From positions 1 to 64,000 of IMG/VR virus record IMGVR_UViG_3300050343_000215: a DNA stretch of 64,000 nucleotides; one strand, given 5' to 3'. The position numbers were made by a program, and so were the translations under genes. Of the stretch, positions 25,301 to 35,489 are shown in pieces. Source of the DNA: a virus. Each line of letters begins with the position of its first letter. Position 1 is the stretch's first letter. The notes under the pieces were generated by a model. The model was given only the letters and a program-made list of their open reading frames with translations. It made no database searches and had not been told where the DNA came from.

Positions 25301-27913
25301 AATAGATTCCTCCTGAACCAAACAAGTAATAGGTTCAGATGTCAATACAATTTCAGGTTCACATACGGGAGATGGTTTAAAGTTTGTGCTATAGTTAATA
25401 ACTGCAGTTCTCTCTACACCTTCACCTACTTGAGTTGATCCTTGTTGTCCAACTCCACCAAGATTTGATCCTGTTTTTACTGGAAGTAATTCATCTGTAA
25501 ATTTAACTTTAAATGTTTTTGTAGTATTATTCAGTGAAAAATCAGTGAAAGTTGGGACAGAGAAAATTTTCATACTTTCCCCTGCTGCAAATGTAAGAAT
25601 ACCTTCTCCACCAGTATAATGTGTGCCTTGAACAGCAGGGAAAGTTAAAGTATTATCCTGAATCGTTTCGCATTTAACTCTAGTGGTAAAATTTACCACA
25701 GGGGTACGAATTACTTTGAATTGTGCAGGTTGTCCTGCAACTACACTAACAGGACCGACTACATAATTTACATTTTTAGTAATAATCTCAGGTGGGAAGT
25801 AAATATCACTTACTGCTTGAGCTTTCTTTTCAATCGGTTTAAATTTAATCTTCAGTTTAGTGGTATTAAGAATTTCTGATGTACTAGGAAAATTTTTATA
25901 TGGAAATTTTTTGTCATTAAAATCAGATGATGATCTGTAAATTGAAGCAGTATATGTTACTTCTTCAGTAGTTTGAACACCTGCTTCATCCTTAGGAGGT
26001 TCAGCAACTACCGTGGGGATATCTATGGTAACTTCATTTTGCCCCTTTTTAAATACAACTTCCTCAGAAAAAATTACATTTTTTCTTTTTGGGAACTGTT
26101 GAATAATTTTTTTCCTTTTATTCCTCGGCGCTTTACCATATTTGTTATCACCTAAAGAAGATCCTTTGATGATATCACCGCCAGATGTAAGACCTTCAGT
26201 AATACCAACAACTCTGGCAGTGTCATTTGGGTTCAAATATGCAGCAAAAATAATTACACCTTGGTACTCAGTATTATTTCTTCGGATTTGTACCTTCTGA
26301 GTTTTACCACTCTTGACAGTTTCCTTTTTAGGGAAAATCATATATTCGGAATCATATCTATCATCTGGTTTGCCAATAACAACAGCATATGTTGAGGAGG
26401 GAGAATATGGAGCTGGATCACCAGGAACTGATGGCGGAGCATCAGAACCATCTCCATTCTTTCCGTTACTAAGGTTATTGCAAAAATCAAATACGTCAGA
26501 TACTTTTGACGAAGCAATATTAGTTGCTGTGGTGAATGCATTTCTTAACGCTTGGTTATCTGTAGAGACTCCAGGAACATTTGCCGTTCCAAGATCAACA
26601 CCCTTTGCAAACGCTGCTGCTTCTGCGTTTGCTGAGGCAGTAGACTTATTAATATCATTTGATAAATTGTTGATGCCCTGCAATCCACCCTCAAGAGAAG
26701 ATTTAATACCTGTTGTTAGACCAAACTCACCAGGATTATTAAACGCAGTGATAAGAGCATTTGAAGCAGAAGTGGAACATGATCCAGAACCACCACAACT
26801 AATTCCTAGGAAGTCTAATACAGCATTGATTGCTTCACCTAAAAGATTACCAAAACCACCAATGATACCAGCAATAGACTCAATAGCACCCATGATACTC
26901 TCAATAAGACCTAGGACTTCTCCCATAATCTCATTAAGAATACCATCAACTAATGTATCCAGACAACCAAATACACTACTAATTGCTGAATCTACAAGTG
27001 TATTAAGAAGACCTTCAATCATATTGCCAACTAGTCCCTCAATATTACCAAAACTACAGAACACCATGTTGAGAATTTTCTCAATGGTTTCATTAATTGT
27101 TGATGTGACGCCTTTAAGAGGAACCATGATCAACTTCACTAATTGATCAATAGCTTTTCTAGCATATTTGGTGATGATTGCTTTAACCCAACCAATTCCA
27201 CTACGAATAACACCACTAATAGAAGCAAGATATTTTTGAACATATCCTGTCATGGAGAATAACTCTCCAGTTAAACCATTAACAAACTTAGATCCAATTT
27301 TACCATCCGTATTCTGAACGATCTTTAAGAAATCGCCAATGAATGCTCCAATGTCTGATGATAATGACCCACTGTCACCACACTTATCAGCACCCTTTAT
27401 ACTTTCACCATTTTCAGGAATCTTGGATGCTTTTGTTACAACCTTAAAGCAACCATTATCTCCTTGAATACCACTCTTATTCTCTTTAAGAGGTTCTACA
27501 AGTTGGGCAGCAACATAAGGAGATGTTTGATCAAAATCTTCTTTTTTGCCTAGAACTGGGTGCTTTGCTTTATGTGCAGATATGATTACAGGACTACTAT
27601 AATCTGGTCCATCAAATCTAACAACAACAAATTGACCTTTACCATATTGTCTAACATTATTATTTCTTACCGCACTATTAGCAGACTCAGTTCCAATAGT
27701 AGCAATCCAAGGAAGTGCTGCCTTTGCTACTACATCTTCCTCACAATTATTTTCATCAATATCACAATATCCATGAATAGCAGGACATCTGACTTGATAG
27801 TATCCCCCACCACCTTCTGATTTCGCACTGGTAATCCAACCAAGTAAATTAGTGCCTGGTTTGGTAAGTTCTTTACCTTGATACGATAAATTTTTGGAAA
27901 AGTCTGTGTTCAT
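22382..27913 (-). CDS. Giant gp5-like baseplate hub protein with inserted domains
   Basis: N-terminal gp5 OB-fold pattern (ALPW...GQFVVVRFDG...PVII), helical segment, Calx-beta-like segment (GILTFAAGESMK), Cys-rich repeats. Confidence 0.7.
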   Translation of the reverse strand: MNTDFSKNLSYQGKELTKPGTNLLGWITSAKSEGGGGYYQVRCPAIHGYCDIDENNCEEDVVAKAALPWIATIGTESANSAVRNNNVRQYGKGQFVVVRFDGPDYSSPVIISAHKAKHPVLGKKEDFDQTSPYVAAQLVEPLKENKSGIQGDNGCFKVVTKASKIPENGESIKGADKCGDSGSLSSDIGAFIGDFLKIVQNTDGKIGSKFVNGLTGELFSMTGYVQKYLASISGVIRSGIGWVKAIITKYARKAIDQLVKLIMVPLKGVTSTINETIEKILNMVFCSFGNIEGLVGNMIEGLLNTLVDSAISSVFGCLDTLVDGILNEIMGEVLGLIESIMGAIESIAGIIGGFGNLLGEAINAVLDFLGISCGGSGSCSTSASNALITAFNNPGEFGLTTGIKSSLEGGLQGINNLSNDINKSTASANAEAAAFAKGVDLGTANVPGVSTDNQALRNAFTTATNIASSKVSDVFDFCNNLSNGKNGDGSDAPPSVPGDPAPYSPSSTYAVVIGKPDDRYDSEYMIFPKKETVKSGKTQKVQIRRNNTEYQGVIIFAAYLNPNDTARVVGITEGLTSGGDIIKGSSLGDNKYGKAPRNKRKKIIQQFPKRKNVIFSEEVVFKKGQNEVTIDIPTVVAEPPKDEAGVQTTEEVTYTASIYRSSSDFNDKKFPYKNFPSTSEILNTTKLKIKFKPIEKKAQAVSDIYFPPEIITKNVNYVVGPVSVVAGQPAQFKVIRTPVVNFTTRVKCETIQDNTLTFPAVQGTHYTGGEGILTFAAGESMKIFSVPTFTDFSLNNTTKTFKVKFTDELLPVKTGSNLGGVGQQGSTQVGEGVERTAVINYSTNFKPSPVCEPEIVLTSEPITCLVQEESIPLKIGFVAKASVPGYTLSYAWERTYDPSGTWTAVADGVRSETINERVTTFGPSGVTIGGTTLDKWSTSTVPQSASITYSGAVTNRLKVAQPSYLIMDEEYYRCTITGTPSTPSAFTPVITFTTKQTYIGITKKGCYSSTVNCAPPGTLQDGDLISYTDVAATPAGFGESIELFENFKPRMTAESVLNELDAKFLNDGSGLKVTGDVGEGAVKLRFEWDDDPDKSGLAVGELFVAGKTFKQLKEKGSVTKTVFVSSGETYKFKYKGNQLSTTTETTDAQKSFAIRTEGESSTAGRKVVRGGKEVQFDDRASNGFDKNAALEIEDTSSGVTAKFNDDGTQMLVTGKGDVSLKFTWNDNPSTSGLAVGTLKVGNGEKVSWTTQQKGTSGTDRKTIAVDATTTASVEVGKEQSKPQIISKGQVARWDDNPENGFDENARLTILSVTPNESSVKNKLINDFEAGFYPKRIGEFAQHTYGTALNWANMKDSYESEFDLVGGDGTGLRVKARFEALFDENNEPKNTRYTILKIVNPGQNYTVGNTLSFPDQGGYSFSGMGELVKLLTVDFGVAPDSGLCDIIEPTDNKDVPEDFPDDDPDDDCTVVRRMLFEDPNSLTYMKEKEGYWKDKTNKEYYCPDEDIIPTTGCLVDSDCPEGQICINGECVPDPAPECTIDADCPKGQVCIDGVCVSVDDIIDPPPPFDEPDDDPPPTLEPDECKIDEDCPEGMICVNGKCVIGCKIDDDCPEGYVCVNGVCVLACTIDSDCPEGYVCVNGVCVPDDDDEDDLFTDDPPPSTPVIVGPPGGVVSVPIPPELQDCNVRYKQPPLIAISGLGTGAIAKAELDEHGCLINIIVKSPGIGYTPNVDIAGECGILSEIALTNVGGYYESSPTVYVNGDPTIAFAAIEDGKLVEIRITNPQNIVYDKLPDIRIRGANGFGGSAKPIIQFVPCSEVAERYLRVVNKYNDSTIGTVFIVDCP
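22988..23380 (-). repeat. Five CxxDxDCPxGxxCxxGxC repeats
   Basis: CLVDSDCPEGQICINGEC; CTIDADCPKGQVCIDGVC; CKIDEDCPEGMICVNGKC; CKIDDDCPEGYVCVNGVC; CTIDSDCPEGYVCVNGVC. Confidence 0.95.
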
Positions 27914-29283
27914 CAGGACTCTACTAGTTTACAAATTTCCATATGAGTATACACATGAGTAATATCTTCAATCCTATGATTGATCTTCGTGATCAAATAT
28001 ACTCCTGAATATTTATCACTCGCCTGATCAGCCTTTCCAGAGTCTCCCTTAATTAAAGGAAAATCAAGATATAAATGACCACCAGCGGACAGTGATAAAT
28101 TGCCAGGAACTCTAATCGTAGATGCCCTAGCTTTTAACATATCTAACATAGCACCATAATTCATAGAGGACAATGTTGGATTAACTGGTTCATTATCTAG
28201 GGCAGTCTCGTCACATACATTATAATACTCAATCTGATATTCTGTTTCCTCAATGTATTTAACTGTCGTAAACTCACCATCTGATGCACATTTTAAACAT
28301 TTATCCTCCATGGTTTTTGGAGGTAATTTTTCAATAGACTTAAGTTTATTTCGTTGACCATCAATGAGAATAGTTTTGGTTTTACCTCTCTTCTTTGTCG
28401 CGATCTCCTCAAGAAGACTAGATTGAGTGGCACCATCATAGAACTTATAACTTAAAATAGTTTGAGATGCAAGCGCAGGACCAGTTTGATTATCATTAAC
28501 AAACTTAACTTGATATGCAGTTCCACTCTTGGTATCTAATCTAAAAGGCTCTGTGAGTATCGTATTAATTGAATCAAATCTATACTCATCGTAGGTCTCA
28601 TAGAATACATAACCAGCAGGTCTGGTTTCTTCTTTACCAGAACCATCAGTTCCTTTTGGTGTAGCAGGCTTACACATACTGTTAAGGAGTTGATAAACTA
28701 ACTTGTTATGCCCCTGTATTTTTGCAACACTTTCTGTCATTTGTTCCATAACAGGTGCTTTATTCTTGGCAGTTTGTATATACCTACCAAGTACATCATC
28801 AACAACAGTATTATAATCTACCTTTGTAGTTTCATCAGGAGGCCAAGAACTTTTAACATTTTTAGATAATGCCACAATAGCATCTTTATTGATAAGTTCT
28901 AAAGTATATTGCTTTTTCTTACCTTTAATTACTTGATTGACAACTCTATTAACATAGAAACAGTTACTACCAAAAAATTCAAATTTTGGGCGTTTTTTCT
29001 GCCAGTCAGTTCCACTACTAGGATCATTAACAACGATCTCTACAGGACAAAATTGACGCACACCACATTTGTTAAATGCTTCATCAACAGCACCAGCAGA
29101 GTCTAGGATAGTAATATCAGCAGTGATAAAAGATTCGTATAATGATTCATAATAATTAAACGAAATTACTTCAGGAAATTCTACTGGATCTCCTGAAGGT
29201 GCTAATCCAACCAGTTTATTACTATCAGGAATATCATATACTTTTGCTTGTATAGCCCTTACGTTAGGTTCAGTAACTGACAT
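27913..29283 (-). CDS. Baseplate hub subunit (gp27-like)
   Basis: NYYESLYESFITADITILD N-terminus, VPGNLSLSAG...SGVYLITKINH C-terminus, and gene position. Confidence 0.65.
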   Translation of the reverse strand: MSVTEPNVRAIQAKVYDIPDSNKLVGLAPSGDPVEFPEVISFNYYESLYESFITADITILDSAGAVDEAFNKCGVRQFCPVEIVVNDPSSGTDWQKKRPKFEFFGSNCFYVNRVVNQVIKGKKKQYTLELINKDAIVALSKNVKSSWPPDETTKVDYNTVVDDVLGRYIQTAKNKAPVMEQMTESVAKIQGHNKLVYQLLNSMCKPATPKGTDGSGKEETRPAGYVFYETYDEYRFDSINTILTEPFRLDTKSGTAYQVKFVNDNQTGPALASQTILSYKFYDGATQSSLLEEIATKKRGKTKTILIDGQRNKLKSIEKLPPKTMEDKCLKCASDGEFTTVKYIEETEYQIEYYNVCDETALDNEPVNPTLSSMNYGAMLDMLKARASTIRVPGNLSLSAGGHLYLDFPLIKGDSGKADQASDKYSGVYLITKINHRIEDITHVYTHMEICKLVES

Positions 29284-29284
29284 A

Positions 29285-29647
29285 TTATTCCTCTGTTGCG
29301 TAGATATCTTGTGTCATTAATATTGTTTTAGCACCAAAAACATTTTGGGTTGTTTGCGATACAGTATCTATATTAGATATTGATCTTTGTGTAGTGGTCT
29401 GCGATTGTCTAGTAATTTCTGAAATCTTACTAGTAACCTTTATAAGATTACTTTGAATACTATCAATAGAGGTATCTCTTGTAATAGATTCTACCCCCAT
29501 ATCATCATTATTAGATAGTGATGATTGTTGTTGACGTTGAAGATAACTTGATGTAGGTTTACTTGATTCAGGAATCGGTGATCTATTAATAGAAGTGGTA
29601 TTGTTTTGAATAGGTGTCTGTGCTTTTGACTCCTGCTCTCTTGTCAT
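29285..29647 (-). CDS. Ser/Thr/Gln-rich ORF, possibly the frameshifted C-terminus of the upstream gene
   Basis: Overlaps the upstream ORF in the +1 frame next to an A7 run. Confidence 0.45.
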   Translation of the reverse strand: MTREQESKAQTPIQNNTTSINRSPIPESSKPTSSYLQRQQQSSLSNNDDMGVESITRDTSIDSIQSNLIKVTSKISEITRQSQTTTQRSISNIDTVSQTTQNVFGAKTILMTQDIYATEE

Positions 29648-30971
29648 TTCTTTCAAAAATTTCTTCAATTTTTTTGAAAGGTTGCTTGAATAAGATATTT
29701 AAGATTTGCTGACCAATCGGTCTCTCAGTAGGAATAACAATCAAAGGTTCACCCACCTGCTGCAGATCAACTATAGTAGGTTTGTTTACAATGAATTGAG
29801 CAAGGTCATCAGTCTTGTCATTGACATTATAGTAGATATTATGTTTTACGTCAAATAATTGAGGTAAAATAATAGCACCAGTAGAATATGCATCTCTAAA
29901 GAAGTTTCCGCCCTCGCCTCTCTTTCGTTCATTCAGTCCACCTGTCTCATATTTCATAAAGTATTCTGCACCACCAACAAATTCTGCCGCTGCTTCTGAC
30001 ATTGGTCCTTCAGATTCAAAGTCATCTAACACTTGCTGAGCAACAGCAGCATTACCATTACCAAATTTCTCAACTAATAATTGCATTCCATTTGGTTTAG
30101 CAGCAATCTCAAAAATTTCTTTCTTAGTGATGCCTATATCACCATACACACTAGCGGCGGCGGTGTCAGCACTAGTCCCATAAATTGCAGCAGAATATGG
30201 CGAGAACTGTTCTTTCTCAGTAATAACAACAGATAGTGGTTGATTTCTTTTTTTAGCTCTATTCAACATAACCTGGAATGCATCAGCAACATTTTGTGCT
30301 CCAGAAGCTTCAAGTGTGGCAAGATGAGCAGCAGCAACTAAATCTGCACCAGATGCTTTAGCATCTTTTATACTTGCAGCATCTAATGGGTCAGCAGCAC
30401 CGAAAGAACCCGCTGCAGCTCCTGCTAGCACTGCTAGAAAACCTGTTAAATCTTCTTGATTGATGTTTAGATCAGTCAATTTAGTTTTAGCTTCTTCTTC
30501 CTTCTCCCCAGTTTTTTCTAATAATTTTTCAGTAAGTTTTAATTTTCTATTTTGAATTTCACGCTCAAGTAATTTGTTATAAACAATTTTATGATAATCA
30601 ACCCTTCTAACATTATTCAACAACTTAGTCAGATTAGCAAGAAGATTATTAAATCTCTCTAGCAGATAGTTCCAATCGTCCACATCCTCATCAGATACTA
30701 GAAGATTAAATTGATTTTTAGGCACTAGATAATGTTTCTTATCTTGATCAAACTCCAACATCCATGGCGGAATGATTGGCACAAACATGCTCGCAAAGTT
30801 CTTCAACTCCTGCTTAAACTTTGCAGCAGGAATTATCTTGGTAAGTGCCTTGATCTTAACACTTTTACCAGATCCAACCATCGGCGTTTCCGCCGTCATT
30901 TTTTCATAAGTTAGGTTTTTCCTTGACTGCTCCAACTGGAACGGGGATATGCCCTGACGTGGTTTAATCAT
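29586..30971 (-). CDS. Virion protein with SleB-like cell-wall hydrolase domain
   Basis: LEASG...VADAFQVMLNR...EQFSPY. Confidence 0.65.
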   Translation of the reverse strand: MIKPRQGISPFQLEQSRKNLTYEKMTAETPMVGSGKSVKIKALTKIIPAAKFKQELKNFASMFVPIIPPWMLEFDQDKKHYLVPKNQFNLLVSDEDVDDWNYLLERFNNLLANLTKLLNNVRRVDYHKIVYNKLLEREIQNRKLKLTEKLLEKTGEKEEEAKTKLTDLNINQEDLTGFLAVLAGAAAGSFGAADPLDAASIKDAKASGADLVAAAHLATLEASGAQNVADAFQVMLNRAKKRNQPLSVVITEKEQFSPYSAAIYGTSADTAAASVYGDIGITKKEIFEIAAKPNGMQLLVEKFGNGNAAVAQQVLDDFESEGPMSEAAAEFVGGAEYFMKYETGGLNERKRGEGGNFFRDAYSTGAIILPQLFDVKHNIYYNVNDKTDDLAQFIVNKPTIVDLQQVGEPLIVIPTERPIGQQILNILFKQPFKKIEEIFERNDKRAGVKSTDTYSKQYHFY

Positions 30972-32953
30972 GACTCAGTATAATAGACAGTTGGTTGATA
31001 GAATGCGACGACCTCACCACGAACATCACCAAATGAGAATTGTTCTTCTGTCTCATTAGCAACTTGCATTTGCTCATTGCCTGGTATATTATTTAACGAA
31101 GATTGATTACCAGGACTTTGGAACATTTTTTTAATGGTTAGATCAGGAACAAATGGAATTCCAGAACCCACCTTACCAGGACCAACTTTACCCTCACCAA
31201 CAATCTTAGGACCAACAATTTGTGGAGGTCCAGATAATAAAAGCATCTTCTCAATCTTCTCTCTAGTAGGAAGTCCTCTACCATTTTGTTCGGATGCTTC
31301 CCTAAGATTTCCCTCTTCTATAGCTTTACTAAAGTCAGGAGCACTATACCAGAAGTATGGTTGATTAAATCCATACAATATGACACCAGCCTGCTGTTCG
31401 GGTGTGAAGTATTTAAATTTTGGAAAATATTTTGTGTTTAAGAAATTATCATGATAGTCTCTAACTTGAAATTCAAGTAACTGATCAGCTTCCTTTTTGG
31501 TCATTGTCATATTAGGAAATACTGCTCTATTACCTTTAGTTATTTCATCAAGGAATGTGAATCCCCAACCGATAGTAGTTCTATCATTATCAACTCCAGT
31601 CTCATAAGCATGGAACACCGTATCATCAGTAATATTTTTATATCTTGGTTCTGATGGTTTCACCCACATATTTCTACCAGGAACTAATGAAGAGATTCCT
31701 TCCTCTTCCTTAATCCACTCAATACCTTTAGCAATTCCACCCTCACCCATCATATTCAGACTAAAACCAGATTGTCTCTCAACACCAAGATCATTATATC
31801 TACCATAAGGAGGATTATATAAAGGATTTAAAGATTTAATCTTCTCCTCCATCATCAACTGAGCAAAAATTGGCATTTGACTCATTGGAATAACAAATTC
31901 AGCACCAGCTTCACCGACCATCACTCTACCAACTCTTTCAATAGATCCTTCAGATCTCTGCTCCATCATTTCATCACCAGCGATCACATAATCAATGTAT
32001 GGCATGGGATTCTCTCCACCATAATCAGGTCTTACCTCAGGATGAACTTCAATATGGAAGTGAGGACCAGTAGAGAATCCAGTATTACCAGACTTACCTA
32101 ATACTTCACCAGCATCAATAGTATCTCCATCCTTCACTGCAACCTCACTGAGGTGAGCAAATCTAAACATTTTATTTAATGATGGCACCCAAGCATCTAA
32201 AAGTAATCCATAACCTACTGATGGATCATCAGCATTCTGATAACCAACATATTTAATGATAGATTTCTTTTTAAGTGCAAACATTGTCCCGACAGGAACA
32301 CCAATATCAACACCACCATGCATTTTTCCCCAACGATGACCATATGCAGAGGTTAGTTCATAACCACTAACATCAGATCCCTCTGTTTCACCTTTTGCTT
32401 TAAGTTGCCCCGCGACTGGTTGATATGGAACAATTACAATAGACTCTGCTTGATTAGAAATTCTATTTTCAAATCCTTTGGCGAGAAAGTTTGCCGCCAT
32501 AAGTCCAAGAATATTATCAGTCAAAAGTCCGCCACCAGTAGCAGGGTTAAATGAGTTGCTTAATTTATTTGTAGCAAATTTTCTGGCAGTTCTTTTGGCA
32601 CGGGAAGTTTTTTGTTTTTGATCGCTGGTCTCAAGTCCATGCAGAGATCTCTTCTGCTCAACTGCTTTCAAATAGTTTGAATGCATCTCGGAGAGAAAAT
32701 TCTCCATTGAGTCAAGATAAGTTCCCAATCTAACAAAGAATTTACTCATTGGGTTGGTAGACTTATTCTCAATAATAAGTTGCTTTACCTTCTTTTCAGG
32801 AACAACCTCAAGATTTTCTACATCATCTAACTTGAGAATTCCATCAACACTAGCAATAGCAATAGGTGTAATATTATCAGCTACAACAAAGACTTCGGAA
32901 GCAAATGCCTCCGAATCTCTCTCTATCATTTTAGTCTTTGCTTTAAACATCAA
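30968..32953 (-). CDS. Virion protein with M23 peptidase and GH24-type lysozyme domains
   Basis: HGGVD, FAHL, GNTGFSTGPHFH (M23); IKEEEG...TIGWG (lysozyme-like). Confidence 0.8.
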   Translation of the reverse strand: MMFKAKTKMIERDSEAFASEVFVVADNITPIAIASVDGILKLDDVENLEVVPEKKVKQLIIENKSTNPMSKFFVRLGTYLDSMENFLSEMHSNYLKAVEQKRSLHGLETSDQKQKTSRAKRTARKFATNKLSNSFNPATGGGLLTDNILGLMAANFLAKGFENRISNQAESIVIVPYQPVAGQLKAKGETEGSDVSGYELTSAYGHRWGKMHGGVDIGVPVGTMFALKKKSIIKYVGYQNADDPSVGYGLLLDAWVPSLNKMFRFAHLSEVAVKDGDTIDAGEVLGKSGNTGFSTGPHFHIEVHPEVRPDYGGENPMPYIDYVIAGDEMMEQRSEGSIERVGRVMVGEAGAEFVIPMSQMPIFAQLMMEEKIKSLNPLYNPPYGRYNDLGVERQSGFSLNMMGEGGIAKGIEWIKEEEGISSLVPGRNMWVKPSEPRYKNITDDTVFHAYETGVDNDRTTIGWGFTFLDEITKGNRAVFPNMTMTKKEADQLLEFQVRDYHDNFLNTKYFPKFKYFTPEQQAGVILYGFNQPYFWYSAPDFSKAIEEGNLREASEQNGRGLPTREKIEKMLLLSGPPQIVGPKIVGEGKVGPGKVGSGIPFVPDLTIKKMFQSPGNQSSLNNIPGNEQMQVANETEEQFSFGDVRGEVVAFYQPTVYYTES

Positions 32954-35340
32954 TCAATATCACTATCATGTGTAGATCTAGTAAATACACTCGTTCTCAT
33001 AAAAATATCAGGAGAATCATCACCGACAAAACTAGGTGCTTTCTTCTTACCAGGAATCTTAATATAATCAGGCGGCAGTGGTGTAATGTCTAGTTTCTGC
33101 TCATTTTTACCAGACATCATACTACCTTGAGCATTCTCAAGATTTTGTGATGGCATCGGACCCTTATATCCAGGAGCATTATAATAAGCATTGGGACCAG
33201 TAACCTGATCATACGTGGCTGTAGAAGCAGGATTAACTAATTCATTAATAATTAACTCAGCAAATAATGCAAATGGATTCAGTGCAGAAGAAGGATTGAT
33301 ACCTCTTCCTACAGCACGAACAGGTCTTTCAAATGCCTGACGAACAGCAGGAGTAGGACCAGTTTTTACCATATCAGGTGTGAATGCCTTGAAAGGATTC
33401 CATCCTTTCATTCCTGTTGCACCAGATTTAAATGCTTTATTACTTCTAGTAATTTGTCTGGCATCATCTGCCATCAAACCATCTGGTCCTCTCCATCGCG
33501 CAGTATTCTCATTAGGAACTCTAGTATTTCTACCCTTATTCCACCATCCGGCAAGACCACCATCTGCCATAGGCATAATCTTACTAGACATTCCTCTAAA
33601 ATAATTTAATGATTCACTATTATACAATTGAACATCACCATATCCACCACTTGATTTAGTTTTAATTTTTGGTATTATATCACTACCTTGTAAAAAGTCT
33701 TCTATTTTGGTTTTAGCGGCTGGTTTGTTAAGACTTTCTTGTAAACTTCTCGCATTCATATCTCTTTGAATACCTGCAGGTGCTGGTTGATCCGACAAAT
33801 TTCTAACTTGTCTTTCAATTCCTTTTTGATCTCTTTGTTTTTGGGATACTTTTCTACCAGTGCGAGTTACCTTTCCTCCACCACCTTGCATACGCGCTAA
33901 TGCTCTCTGTCTAGCAGTCATTCCTGCTCCAGGTTTCACTGGTGTAGCAATAGGTTTAGGCGCAACTGTAGTTACAGGTTTAGGAGCAGCAACAGTTGTA
34001 GCAGCAACATCATCTGCCACACCAGTGCCTGCTTTTCCTGCCTTAACAGTAATCTCAGCAACATCATCACTTAAACCAAATAATCTTTTAAGACCAGGAA
34101 CTCTAGAAACAAATGGAACTCCAAGTCTTCTAACGGTGTTTGCGATTGCAGGTGCTTTTGCGGCACCCTGTTGTAATGCACCACCGCCACTCATCATCAT
34201 GACAGTTTCTAATGCAAATTCTAAATCCTTACTGATAGGAAGACCAGTAACTTCAGCTAATGATTTAGGATTAGTAAATCCATCCAACATTGTCTGTAAG
34301 GGATTTACTGCTGGAGGTGGTTCTGAAATTACTGGTGATACTGGTGAGTATTCAGTTTGTTCACCATTAATTTCTTCATTAAGTTGTTTGAGTGCTTCCT
34401 TTGGTGTGAGTGCAGGAGCAGCTGCCTGAGATGCTGCATCAAATTCACCACTGCGTAAAAACTCTTCCGTTTGACCATTAGAATTTGAAAAAGCTAATGG
34501 TGTAGTTGCATCTGCAGATTCATTACTAGCTACCCCTGGATTTAATAAAGGTCCAAAAAGAAACGGTAGGAGTTTTAAAATATCTGGGAACGCAAACCCA
34601 GGTTCAAATTCTGGTTCTTCTTTCTTAGGAGGAATAAGAACACCGGGTGGATTAGGTTGCAGAGGAGGTTTAACCTTAGTCCCTTCGGCAGCAGGATTTA
34701 GAGATGGCTTTGGATTTTTGCTTGGTACAGGAGCGGTGCCAGGGGATCCGCCGGGTCCTCTACCACCGCCACGGCGACCGCCACCAAAAAATGGAAATCC
34801 ACCACCACCAGGCAGTTTAGGTTTCTTAGATCCACCGCCCATGGCGTCAGGATTTTCAAAATCAACAGTCTTATCTAATAGATACTCTTCAAATGTATTT
34901 TGATATAACTCTCTCTTACGCTCAAATAATTCTTTCTCTGTGAGAATCTGTACTTTCTGAAGTTTGACAACATCCTTCATCAACTTTTCAGTTGCTGCCA
35001 TCTTAGCTTCAATCGCCTTCAGATGCCCCTGGATAGTCTTATTCTTTACAGGGGGGATCTTAATATTTTCAATTTTAGGCAGATCCAGAGTCGCAGCAGC
35101 AGGCATCTCTGCCATCCCAACAACCTGATCAGGAGTAACAGGAGGATTGACTGCCTTTACAACAATCTTAGGATCTGTACTGGGGTCTAACCCAGGATTG
35201 CCAACCTTAGGTGGACCCTGTTGAGCAGCAGGTTGACCCTGTTGAGCAGCAGCAGGTTGCTGTTTATTATTAGCAGCAGGTTGCTGACCAGCAGCTGGCT
35301 GATTATTATTAGGTGGTTGATTTGCTGCGGGTACTGCCAT
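32950..35340 (-). CDS. Tape-measure / gp29-like candidate
   Basis: 796 aa, low complexity with a coiled-coil segment; lies directly after gp26/gp51 and before the hub genes. The call rests on position. Confidence 0.4.
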   Translation of the reverse strand: MAVPAANQPPNNNQPAAGQQPAANNKQQPAAAQQGQPAAQQGPPKVGNPGLDPSTDPKIVVKAVNPPVTPDQVVGMAEMPAAATLDLPKIENIKIPPVKNKTIQGHLKAIEAKMAATEKLMKDVVKLQKVQILTEKELFERKRELYQNTFEEYLLDKTVDFENPDAMGGGSKKPKLPGGGGFPFFGGGRRGGGRGPGGSPGTAPVPSKNPKPSLNPAAEGTKVKPPLQPNPPGVLIPPKKEEPEFEPGFAFPDILKLLPFLFGPLLNPGVASNESADATTPLAFSNSNGQTEEFLRSGEFDAASQAAAPALTPKEALKQLNEEINGEQTEYSPVSPVISEPPPAVNPLQTMLDGFTNPKSLAEVTGLPISKDLEFALETVMMMSGGGALQQGAAKAPAIANTVRRLGVPFVSRVPGLKRLFGLSDDVAEITVKAGKAGTGVADDVAATTVAAPKPVTTVAPKPIATPVKPGAGMTARQRALARMQGGGGKVTRTGRKVSQKQRDQKGIERQVRNLSDQPAPAGIQRDMNARSLQESLNKPAAKTKIEDFLQGSDIIPKIKTKSSGGYGDVQLYNSESLNYFRGMSSKIMPMADGGLAGWWNKGRNTRVPNENTARWRGPDGLMADDARQITRSNKAFKSGATGMKGWNPFKAFTPDMVKTGPTPAVRQAFERPVRAVGRGINPSSALNPFALFAELIINELVNPASTATYDQVTGPNAYYNAPGYKGPMPSQNLENAQGSMMSGKNEQKLDITPLPPDYIKIPGKKKAPSFVGDDSPDIFMRTSVFTRSTHDSDID
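35210..35330 (-). repeat. QQPAA/QQG low-complexity tandem repeat
   Basis: NQPAAGQQPAANNKQQPAAAQQGQPAAQQG; duplicated ACCCTGTTGAGCAGCAG. Confidence 0.8.
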
Positions 35341-35465
35341 TACTGTTGTGCTGCTCTACGTGCGTTTTCTTTTTCAATAAAATCAACTAATAAACTCACA
35401 TAGACATCCCGTTCCCACGGCATCATATTTTCTATCTCTGTCAAACTATATTTATGATGCTGCAT
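35340..35465 (-). CDS. gp51: gp51-like baseplate hub assembly catalyst (first ATG is late; frame is open back to 35531)
   Basis: HKYSLTEIENMMPWERDVY signature. Confidence 0.8.
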   Translation of the reverse strand: MQHHKYSLTEIENMMPWERDVYVSLLVDFIEKENARRAAQQ

Positions 35466-35489
35466 GAGATTAAAATTTAGTCGGAAATA

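Noticed and set aside
26313-27146. 277-aa plus-strand ORF
   Set aside because: Antisense shadow of the gp5-like gene, caused by codon bias; no RBS or recognisable domain
33860-34429. 189-aa plus-strand ORF
   Set aside because: Antisense to an Ala/Pro/Thr-rich coding region; a composition artefact
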